The position numbers and the translations under genes are program-made. The notes beneath the pieces were generated by a model that saw only the letters and a program-made list of their open reading frames with translations, had not been told where the DNA came from and did not search any database. Positions 8,602-18,300 of a stretch of 64,000 nt of DNA are shown one piece after another; the stretch's first letter is position 1, and each line of letters starts with the position of its first letter. Origin of the DNA: Escherichia phage PNJ-9; sequence record PQ100635.1. One strand, 5' to 3'.

Positions 8602-8739
8602 GCTTATAGGAAGTTCTGAGGTAACAAAAGCCATAAAGATGAATAATCATATGGCTTACCTCAAAGAAGGACACCAGGAACCTACTGAGGGCATAGAAAT
8701 ATTTAAAAATAATGATGTACAAATCAAAGAGGATATGTT

Positions 8740-9027
8740 ATGGATTTTATGCAAAAAATTAAAGCCGCAGTAGAACTCTATGCTCATCGTATGGTTAGTT
8801 CTACGATGCAATATAGCGAGGAGGTTCGCCAGGACTCTTCCTTGAAAGGAAAAACTAAAGCCTTAATTACCTTAGACCGTCTACAAAAGAATGCCCTAGA
8901 GTTGTTCCAGTACGACAAGGATGCATATAAGAAAGAACAGGAAGAGAAACTTAAATCCGAAAAATTACAGAAAATTCCGAAGTCGGTTTGGTTCAGTGGA
9001 AAAAATACCGAAAAAAGTTTCTTTTAG
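8740..9027 (+). CDS. hypothetical protein (95 aa)
   Basis: ORF with AAAGAGGA RBS. Confidence 0.5.
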   Translation: MDFMQKIKAAVELYAHRMVSSTMQYSEEVRQDSSLKGKTKALITLDRLQKNALELFQYDKDAYKKEQEEKLKSEKLQKIPKSVWFSGKNTEKSFF

Positions 9028-9029
9028 TT

Positions 9030-9059
9030 GTTTACAAGGTCTATGGTTGTGTTATTATA
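9030..9059 (+). promoter_or_regulatory. early promoter (GTTTAC, TATTAT) with GGTCTAT/ATAGACC dyad
   Basis: Read directly. Confidence 0.5.
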
Positions 9060-9085
9060 GACCTATCAACTACTGGAGGTAAAAC

Positions 9086-9613
9086 ATGAACGCTAAAGAT
9101 ATTTTCAACCTGGTAAATTATAACGACGGTAAATTTAAATCTGAAGCACAAAGCAAGTTCTTTAATGACGTTGCTTATGGTAACGAGATTACCGTGGACG
9201 GAGGTCAGATTTTCAAATCTCGCTGGAATTGGATTGCTATCATCGATTCAGTTGGAATTGTGGAAGTCTACAAAAACACTAACAAAAAACGTACATTATT
9301 CTGGTCTCGTGAAACTAACGAGCAGTACAAAAAGGATAAAGCATCTCGTTTATCTAAAGTAACCCAGGAAGATATCGAGTTTATCAAGAAAGATATCGAG
9401 ATGTACGAAAATTTAATCGCTGAAGACCAGGCAGTACTCGATAAGTTTGATGAAATTAAAGCTTCTCGTGAAATCCCTGACTTCATGAAAGAAACAGTAA
9501 ATGAACGATACGCTCTCACTTCAGAACGTATTGCAAACTATACAAAACAGAAAGCAGAACGTATTAGTACTCTTCGGAAATTTGAAGAACGTTTAAAGAC
9601 GGTTCACGCATAA
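9086..9613 (+). CDS. hypothetical protein (175 aa)
   Basis: ORF with GGAGGT RBS. Confidence 0.55.
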   Translation: MNAKDIFNLVNYNDGKFKSEAQSKFFNDVAYGNEITVDGGQIFKSRWNWIAIIDSVGIVEVYKNTNKKRTLFWSRETNEQYKKDKASRLSKVTQEDIEFIKKDIEMYENLIAEDQAVLDKFDEIKASREIPDFMKETVNERYALTSERIANYTKQKAERISTLRKFEERLKTVHA

Positions 9614-9640
9614 ACGCTTTACCCAAGGACGGGTTATAAT
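9614..9640 (+). promoter_or_regulatory. middle (MotA-type) promoter candidate: GCTTTA box, ~12 bp, TATAAT
   Basis: Spacing too short for a -35/-10 promoter but fits the T4 MotA-box arrangement. Confidence 0.4.
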
Positions 9641-9675
9641 GGTTTTGAGTTCCAATTCAATCTGAGGAAATAGTT

Positions 9676-10671
9676 ATGAGCATTACATCTGATGCGGTAA
9701 AACATGAAATTAACGGTTTATGTGCTTCACAGATTAAAGTGTGGTTTAAAGACCATAATGATCGCAGAGCACTTAATTATGAGCAAATTGCTATCCAAGT
9801 TCATCAATTACTGACTAGTAAATTTGATTTTCATATGCCGTCTGAAATCTATACTAATCTACCGCGAGCGCTTATTAAAGCGTGTAAAGGTTACGGAAAA
9901 TCAATGGCCGATGGAATCTTCAGCGCGCTGAATAAACTTAACGTTCTGTCGATGATTAACTCTAACAACATCCTGCGTAATCTAGGACGTACTGATTTGT
10001 TCGGTCGGGAACAGTGTAAAATGCCTTTGAAATGGATTGTTGCTCATCTTAACGAGAACCAAACACGTTTTATGGCCGTATCAGCACGCTTACAAATGGG
10101 CCTAGATCGTCAGATGAACTTTAAAACTCATCCACGTTATTCAGGTTCAACAGACTTTTATAAATGTGAGCTTCAAAAGGTTGCAGGTAAAACTGTCTTA
10201 GTAGTTCGTGTAACGTTTGAAGGACGACGACAAGGATATTTTGACCTAATCGGCTCTGGTCTTAAACATTGCGGATTTATTGACGAAGTTGATATCAAGC
10301 GAGACAGCATTGGATACCGTATTGGATATGTTTGTACTCTTAAAGAAGAGATTTCAGGACCAGTACCAGGACTAAAAGACGTTAGATATAAAGACGAGCT
10401 CGTTGAAGAAATAAAAGAAGTTGAATATGATATCAACCAAGAAGATGCTCTTAAAGACCTTATTGATGAACTGAACCAAGACGTTATTCCGGTTCAGAAA
10501 TTTGAATCAAAACATGCTGAGCAAATCAAATACTTTGAAGCTTTGATTAACGAACTTAATGTAACTATTCAACAGACTGACGATGAAATCTCGCGATTAG
10601 CAGGCTTAAACGGTAAAAATAAAACAGAACGAGCTAATCTTATTCAGGTAGTAAAACTTCTTAAGGAATGA
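9676..10671 (+). CDS. hypothetical protein (331 aa) with C-terminal coiled coil
   Basis: ORF with GAGGAA RBS. Confidence 0.55.
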   Translation: MSITSDAVKHEINGLCASQIKVWFKDHNDRRALNYEQIAIQVHQLLTSKFDFHMPSEIYTNLPRALIKACKGYGKSMADGIFSALNKLNVLSMINSNNILRNLGRTDLFGREQCKMPLKWIVAHLNENQTRFMAVSARLQMGLDRQMNFKTHPRYSGSTDFYKCELQKVAGKTVLVVRVTFEGRRQGYFDLIGSGLKHCGFIDEVDIKRDSIGYRIGYVCTLKEEISGPVPGLKDVRYKDELVEEIKEVEYDINQEDALKDLIDELNQDVIPVQKFESKHAEQIKYFEALINELNVTIQQTDDEISRLAGLNGKNKTERANLIQVVKLLKE

Positions 10672-10700
10672 TGTACAACCAAGGATGGTTGGAGTATAAT
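10672..10700 (+). promoter_or_regulatory. early promoter (TGTACA, 17 bp, TATAAT) with CAACCA/TGGTTG dyad in spacer
   Basis: Read directly; near-identical copies at 11691 and 54713. Confidence 0.55.
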
Positions 10701-10726
10701 AAATTTTTCAACATGAGGAATATAAA

Positions 10727-11686
10727 ATGGCTTCTATTACACGTAGAGAACTTATCAAAGAATTTACCTCGAACGCATATACCCCAGGACCTAATCCTAT
10801 CCGTATGCCTGTAAAGACTCCTGAAGAGATTGAGGAAATCTGTTCATATTATGGGATTAATTCTCGTAAGTTTACTCAATTTGAATGCGTTACTAACACA
10901 CCCGTTAAAGAGTTCATTAAAAATGGTGAGTTCAGCCGTTTATTGGCCAAACAGAAACTTCGTAATTTTTGTATCGGCGGCAACGGACAATATTTTGCTA
11001 AACAGTTCAGAAATAACCTTAACAATCTGATGGCCATTGCTTCTCGTATTCGTCCTCAAGCAATTAACATGAAACATTTGAAATATACTTACGATAAGTT
11101 AGAAATCATGGTTATCAGTGAGAACGAGTTCACTCTTACGTATAAACCTAAGAATGATAACGTTGCTCGTGTATTCCACCAAGCGTTGGAAGTTTTAGGT
11201 GATAATATCCACCAGATTAAAGCAATTTATTCTCGTGAGCTTAATATTATCAACCCTATCAAGAATAAGGGCCATATCGCTATCCAGGCTCGTGTATCTG
11301 TTGGTAAAAAGGTTCCTGCGCCATGGTGGCACAAAGACTCTGAATACTATCAAAATCTTAAAAAGGAAAATGCAACGTTCGAAGCATCGCTTACTGGGAC
11401 CCCAATTGAACAGGCCGAAGTCCTAAGTGCTTATTCTACTTCGGGTAAATCAATGTTTAAAGGTTTGCCAAATGTGTGCAAACTGTCTGCAGTAAAACTA
11501 AATGTTTCTAATGACCTTCTTCCGGCCGAAGATTACCATTACAATCAAATCAAGGCCACTATGGACCAACTGTCTGTTGAACTTGACAAAGCACAAGCTA
11601 AGCTTCGTGATGCTCAAAGTGTTGTAACGAATCTCCAGTTGCAGTATTCTAAACTTTTTAACGCAATGAATGCATTAAAATCATAA
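10727..11686 (+). CDS. hypothetical protein (319 aa) with C-terminal coiled coil
   Basis: ORF with GAGGAA RBS. Confidence 0.55.
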   Translation: MASITRRELIKEFTSNAYTPGPNPIRMPVKTPEEIEEICSYYGINSRKFTQFECVTNTPVKEFIKNGEFSRLLAKQKLRNFCIGGNGQYFAKQFRNNLNNLMAIASRIRPQAINMKHLKYTYDKLEIMVISENEFTLTYKPKNDNVARVFHQALEVLGDNIHQIKAIYSRELNIINPIKNKGHIAIQARVSVGKKVPAPWWHKDSEYYQNLKKENATFEASLTGTPIEQAEVLSAYSTSGKSMFKGLPNVCKLSAVKLNVSNDLLPAEDYHYNQIKATMDQLSVELDKAQAKLRDAQSVVTNLQLQYSKLFNAMNALKS

Positions 11687-11690
11687 ATCA

Positions 11691-11720
11691 GTTTACAACC
11701 AAGGATGGTTGGAGTATAAT
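11691..11720 (+). promoter_or_regulatory. early promoter (GTTTAC, 17 bp, TATAAT)
   Basis: Same module as 10672 and 54713. Confidence 0.55.
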
Positions 11721-11748
11721 GAATCTATCTTAACGAGAGGAAAATATT

Positions 11749-12699
11749 ATGACACGTTCACATTACATTGATTATTTTGCAGGTCTTATCGCTAATGTTC
11801 ATGCCCAACGTGCTTCTGGTTCATTAGGATTTGATGTTCCACACCGAGATGTAGTAAGTGGTATTCTTCGCGATTTTGGTACATATACCGGCCAAGAAAA
11901 TCATATCTGTAAAGATACTCAAAATGCGTATTCTCATTCATTAGGGACACTGCTTCAATGGTTCAAACGTTCTCGTTTATTATCTTCTACTGTAGCTCGC
12001 GATAACATTAAAAACTTTATGAAGCCGAGCTTTATTAAATCTGTGACATCTAAAACCGATTTGGTTGAATTCACTATTGTTAATGATGTTAAAAAGACTC
12101 ATTTGGCTGATTGGTTATCTACCATTCCTGAAACTAAATTTGCTGATAAATTTGCTTGTGAATTCAATAACCAAGTGAATATGCTTTTTAAACATTCTCG
12201 TAAATTATTCACAGGTGGCGATGATCGTACAAATACAGTTCATGTTAAAGATTGGGTTACTGCAGTATTCAAACCAACCGGTAATGGTAACGCATCATTA
12301 TCAATTGATATCCAGGTTCCTTATTACTACTCACGTAATCTCGGTACCATGAAAGCCGAAGAAATTAATAAGCACAACAAAACCATTCGTTCGCTGTCTT
12401 ATAAACTTCGCATGATGTTAAGAATCATGGACGTGGTAGAAATGTATGATGAAACCGAAGATAACGGTTCGATGTTATTCAGTTCTCGTATTCAAATTAA
12501 GCTGAAGAATCCTAACGAGTATAAGCCTAAGCCTATTAAAGAACCTAAAGCAGAAAAGGTTGATATCATGGCTGAAGAACGTGAGTACCTCAAATCTCGT
12601 CTGAAAGAAGTCGAAGCCCAGATTGCAGAACAAACTAAATCGTTAAAAGCTCTGAATGCGAAAGCGGACGGTTTACGAAATGCCATTGAGGTTTTATAA
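11749..12699 (+). CDS. hypothetical protein (316 aa) with C-terminal coiled coil
   Basis: ORF with GAGAGGAAA RBS. Confidence 0.55.
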   Translation: MTRSHYIDYFAGLIANVHAQRASGSLGFDVPHRDVVSGILRDFGTYTGQENHICKDTQNAYSHSLGTLLQWFKRSRLLSSTVARDNIKNFMKPSFIKSVTSKTDLVEFTIVNDVKKTHLADWLSTIPETKFADKFACEFNNQVNMLFKHSRKLFTGGDDRTNTVHVKDWVTAVFKPTGNGNASLSIDIQVPYYYSRNLGTMKAEEINKHNKTIRSLSYKLRMMLRIMDVVEMYDETEDNGSMLFSSRIQIKLKNPNEYKPKPIKEPKAEKVDIMAEEREYLKSRLKEVEAQIAEQTKSLKALNAKADGLRNAIEVL

Positions 12700-13004
12700 T
12701 GAAACTACGTCTTTTAGAGGATATTGATATGAGCACTAATCACGGCTTGGTTAAGTTTATTGACGATAGTTCAAAGATTGAATTTGTTCAGCGAGATAAA
12801 ATCCACGGTGAAGAAGAGTTCGTTCCTCCAGCATGGAACGAAATCATGAAAATGGTTGAACGACGTGAAAATGCTGCCAAATCGGCAGCAAAACATCCAT
12901 GTCCGGAATGTGGAACTATCCAAGTCCAACTGGTTAACTGGACCACTGATAACTTGAAATTGAAATGCCGTAAATGCTTCCACAAATTTGAGAGAACATT
13001 ATAA
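12699..13004 (+). CDS. zinc-ribbon protein (101 aa)
   Basis: CPECG...CRKC motif; TAATG overlap start. Confidence 0.5.
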   Translation: MKLRLLEDIDMSTNHGLVKFIDDSSKIEFVQRDKIHGEEEFVPPAWNEIMKMVERRENAAKSAAKHPCPECGTIQVQLVNWTTDNLKLKCRKCFHKFERTL

Positions 13005-13417
13005 TGAGATATAGCCTTCGTTGTTTTATCGCAGCTTTAGTTTTTGCTATTATTCCATTCATTTGGAACAGCCAGAATACTTACATGGAAACTAAAGTAA
13101 TTCCTGTGGAGGTAGTGGAATTAATCTCAGGCCAATCTACAGGAAAATATTCTAAATTGGAATTTATTGCAGTTTATAAAGATGAACAAGGTCGAGTTTT
13201 TGACAGGCATGTATCACCGTCGTTTTATACGCTTCTGAATAAAGGTGATACGATAGCTATAGAAATTCGTGAGATGGATATCAAACAAACTACTAAAGAT
13301 AACTTGATTTGGTTCTTTGGTACAGTGTTGTTGGTTTCTATCTGTATCACAGGTTTTATTACATGTATTGTATTTGGCATTGCATATTTAATCGATGAAA
13401 GGAAAAATAATGTTTAA
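13004..13417 (+). CDS. predicted membrane protein (137 aa)
   Basis: N- and C-terminal hydrophobic segments; overlap start. Confidence 0.5.
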   Translation: MRYSLRCFIAALVFAIIPFIWNSQNTYMETKVIPVEVVELISGQSTGKYSKLEFIAVYKDEQGRVFDRHVSPSFYTLLNKGDTIAIEIREMDIKQTTKDNLIWFFGTVLLVSICITGFITCIVFGIAYLIDERKNNV

Positions 13418-13673
13418 AGTGTACGGGTACGACTCTACTATTCATAAATGCATTTATTGCGATAATGCGAAACGATTGCTGACTGTTAAGAAACAGCCAT
13501 TCGAATTCATTAATGTTATGCCAGAAAAAGGTGTTTTTGATGATGAGAAAATTGCTGAGCTTCTGGTTAAGCTTGGACGTGAATCACAAGTCGGATTGAC
13601 TATGCCTCAAGTGTTTGCTCCTGATGGAACTTCGATCGGTGGCTTTGACCAACTACGAGAATATTTTAAATGA
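13410..13673 (+). CDS. nrdC: NrdC thioredoxin (glutaredoxin-like)
   Basis: 87 aa from ATG after GAAAGGAAAAATA RBS; MFKVYGYDS..CIYCDNAK matches T4 NrdC from memory. Confidence 0.85.
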   Translation: MFKVYGYDSTIHKCIYCDNAKRLLTVKKQPFEFINVMPEKGVFDDEKIAELLVKLGRESQVGLTMPQVFAPDGTSIGGFDQLREYFK

Positions 13674-14026
13674 CATATTCATTAAATCTTAAAGATTTCC
13701 AAGATGTATACGAAGTTTGTGCCAATGAACTTGGTCCTGATGCTCCAACTATTATTGAAGTTTTAAATGTGCTCCCTTCATCATTAGCTTACGAAGCCAA
13801 ATCATGGGGTTGGAACGACACTGTCGTTCGTGATGACCTTTACGTCCTGATGAACGATATGATGCTTAAAAAGGCAGAACCGGTTGCACCAATGGTTACC
13901 ATTACCGTTGAAGAATATAATCGCCTGCAAGCCATTGAAGAGCTTCTGTGGAACATTGAATGTGACCTGCCATCCGGACTAGAATCCTGGATTGATTATG
14001 AAGAGCTCAATAAACTCCGGGGTTAA
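13670..14026 (+). CDS. hypothetical protein (118 aa)
   Basis: ATGA overlap start. Confidence 0.5.
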   Translation: MTYSLNLKDFQDVYEVCANELGPDAPTIIEVLNVLPSSLAYEAKSWGWNDTVVRDDLYVLMNDMMLKKAEPVAPMVTITVEEYNRLQAIEELLWNIECDLPSGLESWIDYEELNKLRG

Positions 14027-14154
14027 ACCGTGGTATTCGGCTCGATGGGAGACAGTCGAGCCAGACGTCGAAACAGTTTACAATGACGAAGAAACGTGTT
14101 ATGATGAACCTTCAATAAATGAATTAATTGATATGGAAATGGGAAGAGATTATT

Positions 14155-14325
14155 ATGCAAGTTAAATTATTGTACCGTTTATTAAAAAATGGCAAGCATG
14201 ATTGGTATTTGCTTATTAAAACCGATCCGAATTTTTTCTCTGGACAACCATTTACAGTTCGTCCTACTAAACGTCAGCTTCGCAAAGCTAAACGTTCCCA
14301 TCGTAACTTTTATAGAGAATATTGA
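14155..14325 (+). CDS. small basic protein, RPTKRQ-motif family (56 aa)
   Basis: ATG after GGGAAGAG RBS; C-terminal TVRPTKRQLRKAKRSHRNFY shared with 14750 and 44383 ORFs. Confidence 0.45.
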   Translation: MQVKLLYRLLKNGKHDWYLLIKTDPNFFSGQPFTVRPTKRQLRKAKRSHRNFYREY

Positions 14326-14326
14326 T

Positions 14327-14740
14327 ATGAATATTTCTGAAACTCGCGGTAAATGGTTCAAGATTGTTAAAGAAGACGAAGAACTCCAAGATAAGTTTCC
14401 TGAATTAAAGAAAGATACGATCATCAAGGTAATTGGTACTACTACCGAAGATGGTTATGGCGACCATGGCATTATCGAAGTGATGTTGAACACAGGTGAG
14501 AAACTTTGCATCTATGACCGTGATACTTCTCTTTGGTGCTTCTGGGAATCCCATTCAATAGATGAACTCGAAGAAATTGACCAAGTAGTTTGTGATGGTG
14601 GACTTGGCGAATTCGAAGGTGAACGTATTTCTTATGCTTTAGCTAAATTAGCCGCCCAAGAAAATAATGACGGTTATGAAGGTAATCTGATGCAAGCCGC
14701 AGCGGAATACATTGAATATTTAGAAAGACGTTTAAGTTAA
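14327..14740 (+). CDS. hypothetical protein (137 aa; pin-region)
   Basis: Internal ATG immediately after upstream stop; in frame with track ORF 14189..14740. Confidence 0.45.
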   Translation: MNISETRGKWFKIVKEDEELQDKFPELKKDTIIKVIGTTTEDGYGDHGIIEVMLNTGEKLCIYDRDTSLWCFWESHSIDELEEIDQVVCDGGLGEFEGERISYALAKLAAQENNDGYEGNLMQAAAEYIEYLERRLS

Positions 14741-14749
14741 GGGCTTATT

Positions 14750-14929
14750 ATGAAAACTGCATTATTTTTTGGCGAAAGAACAAACGGTCAAAAATCTTGG
14801 AAATTTGTTATAATTGGTGCTCCAAACAATCCGAACATGAGGACTTCAATCATTTCGGTAACACGTCCTACTAAAAGAATGATTCGCCAATACAAACGTT
14901 TCCATCGTGACTTTTATAACATTTATTAA
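14750..14929 (+). CDS. small basic protein, RPTKRQ-motif family (59 aa), below track threshold
   Basis: C-terminal VTRPTKRMIRQYKRFHRDFY. Confidence 0.4.
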   Translation: MKTALFFGERTNGQKSWKFVIIGAPNNPNMRTSIISVTRPTKRMIRQYKRFHRDFYNIY

Positions 14930-14931
14930 AT

Positions 14932-14939
14932 TATAAATA
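14932..14939 (+). promoter_or_regulatory. late promoter (TATAAATA) upstream of gene 49
   Basis: Exact T4 late consensus directly 5' of the hairpin. Confidence 0.5.
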
Positions 14940-14962
14940 CCCTTATCTAATATGGTAAGGGT
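14939..14962 (+). promoter_or_regulatory. hairpin sequestering gene 49 Shine-Dalgarno
   Basis: ACCCTTA...TAAGGGT 7-bp stem; right arm contains the SD, 5 nt before the ATG. Confidence 0.5.
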
Positions 14963-14967
14963 TTATT

Positions 14968-15441
14968 ATGTTATTATCTGGCAAATTATACAAAGAAGAA
15001 AAACAAAAATTTTATGATGCACAGAATGGTAAGTGTCCTATTTGCCACCGTGAATTAGACCCTGATGTTCAAGGTAACCATCTTGACCACGACCACGAAT
15101 TAAACGGGCCAAAAGCAGGTAGAGTTCGTGGGTTACTCTGTAATCTGTGCAACGCAGCAGAAGGCCAAATGAAGCATAAGTTCAACCGTTCCGGTCTTAA
15201 AGGACGTGATGTCGACTACCTCGAATGGCTTGAAGCTCTTCTTGCTTATTTGAAACAAGATTATTCTGATAATAATATCCATCCTAATTTTGTTCCAGAC
15301 AAAACTAAAGAGTTCTCAAGACTAGGTAAAGAGGAAATGATGGCTGAGATGCTTCAAAGAGGATTTGAATATAATGAATCTGATACCAAAACACAATTAA
15401 TAGCTTCATTCAAAAAGCAGCTTAGAAAGAGTTTAAAATGA
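14968..15441 (+). CDS. 49: endonuclease VII (Holliday-junction resolvase)
   Basis: 157 aa; MLLSGKLYKEEKQKFYDAQNGKC and HLDHDHELNGPKAG match T4 gp49 from memory. Confidence 0.85.
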   Translation: MLLSGKLYKEEKQKFYDAQNGKCPICHRELDPDVQGNHLDHDHELNGPKAGRVRGLLCNLCNAAEGQMKHKFNRSGLKGRDVDYLEWLEALLAYLKQDYSDNNIHPNFVPDKTKEFSRLGKEEMMAEMLQRGFEYNESDTKTQLIASFKKQLRKSLK

Positions 15442-15980
15442 AAATTGAAAAAGAAATTGAAGGATTAATTCATAAAACTAATAAAGATCTTTTGAACGAG
15501 AATGCTAATAAAGATTCTCGTGTTTTTCCAACTCAACGGGACCTTATGGCTGGTATTGTGTCTAAGCACATTGCCAAAAATACGGTCCCGTCTTTTATTA
15601 TGAAAGCACATGAAAGCGGAATTATCCATTTCCATGATATTGATTATTCTCCTGCTCTTCCATTTACTAATTGCTGTTTAGTCGATTTAAAGGGGATGCT
15701 TGAGAATGGATTTAAATTAGGCAATGCTCAAATTGAAACGCCTAAATCGATTGGTGTTGCTACTGCAATTATGGCACAAATTACTGCGCAGGTTGCTTCC
15801 CATCAATACGGTGGAACTACATTTGCGAATGTAGATAAAGTCCTTTCTCCTTATGTTAAACGCACCTACGCAAAACATATTGAAGATGCAGAAAAATGGC
15901 AAATCTCTGATGCGTTGAATTATGCCCAATCTAAAACAGAAAAAGATGTCTATGACGCGTTCCAGGCGTATGAGTTAATT
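15438..15980 (+). CDS. nrdD: anaerobic ribonucleotide reductase NrdD, exon 1
   Basis: N-terminal NrdD-like sequence; reading frame hits TAA at the start of the intron; boundary +/- a few nt. Confidence 0.75.
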
Positions 15981-16989
15981 TAATTCAGGCTCATGTAAAA
16001 CCGGTCTAAACGGGGAACCTCTCTAGTAGACAATCCCGTGCTAAATGTTCTTTTGAACTAAATGCCTAACGACTAACCGTGATGAATGTAGCGGTGTAGA
16101 ATAGAAGCTAATGCTATTCGAAACGGCCGGCATCGAAAGATGAAGATATAGTCTAATCTGCATGGCGACATGCAGCAGTCATCTTGTATAAATAAGATTA
16201 TCTTATGAATACGAGGTGAAACAATGAAATGGATAAAAAGACGTTGTACTAAAATAAAAGATAAAGACGCATTTACATACTTAGTTAAGTTTTCTAATGG
16301 TGACATTTATATCGGTTATAAAAAATTTAGAACAATTAAAAACAAGCCCACAAACTGGAAAACTTACACAACGTCATCTAAGTATATAAATGAACGCTTA
16401 AAAACTGATACACCTACTAAATGGATAATTTTAAAAACATTTGATAGTTATAAAGATGCATTAAAACATGAAGAAGAGGTCATACGTAAATATTTTTATA
16501 GCAAAAAATGTTTAAATAAATCCATAGGCGGTAAAAAGTTTTATAAGCATCCGGATACTGAAGAACATATTCAAAAATTAAGAGATGCTCATAAGGGTAA
16601 AGTGTTATCCGAATCTCATAAAAACAATATAAAATCTTCTGTAGCTGAATATTATGCTAAAAACGGAAGATCTAAGGAACATGTGCAAAATAATATCAAT
16701 AGTCGAAAAAGTAAAAAACAAGTATCGATAAAGCTTAAAAATAAAACTTTTAGAAGTTTTAAAAAAGCAGCGGAATATTTAAATTGCACTGAAAGTGAAG
16801 TCGAAACTCATCCTCTTGTTTTGAGTATTAAGACTACTATTCATAAAGTTCCTGAATATGTGGTTGTTGACGGTATTAAGTATACGTCTTATATAGAAGC
16901 AGCTAAAGCGCTAAATTTTCATCCTAGCACTATAAAAGAACGTTGCATATCTATGGACTATCCAAATTTTGTTGTTTCATATAAACGGG
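15981..16989 (+). mobile_element. group I self-splicing intron in nrdD
   Basis: Begins TAATTCAGGCTC and contains TCTAAACGGGGAACCTCTCTAGTAGACAATCCCGTGCTAAAT, near-identical to the T4 td-type intron core from memory; ends on G; boundaries approximate. Confidence 0.75.
16187..16194 (+). promoter_or_regulatory. late promoter (TATAAATA) inside intron
   Basis: Exact consensus 30 nt upstream of the intron ORF. Confidence 0.5.
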
Positions 16990-16994
16990 CATGA
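16224..16994 (+). CDS. intron-encoded homing endonuclease (GIY-YIG-like)
   Basis: 256 aa; Y..NGDIYIGY N-terminal motif; located in intron 3' region like T4 I-TevII; GAGGTGA RBS. Confidence 0.65.
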   Translation: MKWIKRRCTKIKDKDAFTYLVKFSNGDIYIGYKKFRTIKNKPTNWKTYTTSSKYINERLKTDTPTKWIILKTFDSYKDALKHEEEVIRKYFYSKKCLNKSIGGKKFYKHPDTEEHIQKLRDAHKGKVLSESHKNNIKSSVAEYYAKNGRSKEHVQNNINSRKSKKQVSIKLKNKTFRSFKKAAEYLNCTESEVETHPLVLSIKTTIHKVPEYVVVDGIKYTSYIEAAKALNFHPSTIKERCISMDYPNFVVSYKRA

Positions 16995-18300
16995 ATTTGC
17001 GACTCATGCTGAATATAATGATGAAGTAAATACACTTTTCAGCTCTAATGGACAAACGCCTTTTGTAACAATTACATTTGGCACGGGAACTGACTGGACT
17101 GAACGAATGATTCAGAAAGCAATTCTGAAAAATCGTATTAAAGGTCTTGGCCGTGACGGGATAACTCCTATTTTCCCTAAACTTGTTATGTTCGTTGAAG
17201 AGGGTGTCAATCTTTATAAAGACGACCCGAACTACGATATTAAGCAGCTTGCTTTAGAATGCGCAAGCAAAAGAATGTATCCTGATATTATTTCAGTTAA
17301 GAACAATAAAGCTATTACTGGTTCTTCAGTTCCTGTTTCTCCGATGGGCTGTCGTAGTTTCTTGAGCGTATGGAAAGATTCGACTGGTAATGAAATTCTT
17401 GATGGACGTAATAATCTTGGTGTTGTAACACTGAATCTTCCTCGTATTGCATTAGATTCTTATATTGGAACACAATTCAATGAACAGAAATTTGTTGAGC
17501 TATTTAATGAACGAATGGATCTGTGTTTTGAAGCTTTGATGTGTAGAATTAGTTCTTTAAAGGGTGTTAAAGCAACTGTAGCTCCTATTCTTTACCAAGA
17601 AGGTGCATTCGGGGTTCGTCTTAAACCTGATGACGATATAATTGAGTTATTTAAAAATGGTAGAAGTTCAGTGTCCCTAGGATACATTGGTATTCACGAA
17701 TTGAATATTCTTGTCGGACGTGATATTGGACAGGAAATTTTAACTAAAATGAATGCTCGTCTTAAGCAGTGGACTGAAAGAACCGGTTTTGCTTTTAGTT
17801 TATATTCTACTCCTGCTGAAAACCTTTGTTATCGCTTCTGTAAACTTGATACAGAAAAATATGGAAGTGTAAAAGATGTCACCGATAAAGGCTGGTACAC
17901 TAACAGTTTCCACGTTTCAGTAGAAGAAAATATTACTCCATTTGAAAAGATTTCTCGTGAAGCCCCATATCATTTCATTGCAACAGGCGGTCACATTTCT
18001 TATGTTGAACTTCCAGATATGAAAAATAACTTAAAAGGTCTTGAGGCTGTCTGGGATTATGCTGCACAACATTTAGATTATTTTGGTGTTAATATGCCAG
18101 TAGATAAATGTTTTACATGTGGAAGTACTCATGAAATGACTCCTACTGAAAACGGATTTGTTTGTTCAGTTTGTGGAGAAAGTGATCCTAAAAAGATGAA
18201 CACCATAAGAAGAACATGTGGTTATTTGGGAAATCCGAACGAACGCGGATTTAATCTCGGTAAAAATAAAGAAATCATGCATAGGGTTAAACACCAATGA
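16990..18300 (+). CDS. nrdD: anaerobic ribonucleotide reductase NrdD, exon 2
   Basis: C-terminal glycyl-radical motif RRTCGYLGN and Zn-site CFTCGS...CSVCG; frame continuous with exon 1 after splicing. Confidence 0.8.
   Translation, partial: HEFATHAEYNDEVNTLFSSNGQTPFVTITFGTGTDWTERMIQKAILKNRIKGLGRDGITPIFPKLVMFVEEGVNLYKDDPNYDIKQLALECASKRMYPDIISVKNNKAITGSSVPVSPMGCRSFLSVWKDSTGNEILDGRNNLGVVTLNLPRIALDSYIGTQFNEQKFVELFNERMDLCFEALMCRISSLKGVKATVAPILYQEGAFGVRLKPDDDIIELFKNGRSSVSLGYIGIHELNILVGRDIGQEILTKMNARLKQWTERTGFAFSLYSTPAENLCYRFCKLDTEKYGSVKDVTDKGWYTNSFHVSVEENITPFEKISREAPYHFIATGGHISYVELPDMKNNLKGLEAVWDYAAQHLDYFGVNMPVDKCFTCGSTHEMTPTENGFVCSVCGESDPKKMNTIRRTCGYLGNPNERGFNLGKNKEIMHRVKHQ

Noticed and set aside
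9617-9640. CTTTAC...TATAAT read as a sigma70 -35/-10 promoter
   Set aside because: Spacer is only 11-12 bp, too short for -35/-10 recognition; reinterpreted as a MotA-box-type middle promoter candidate.
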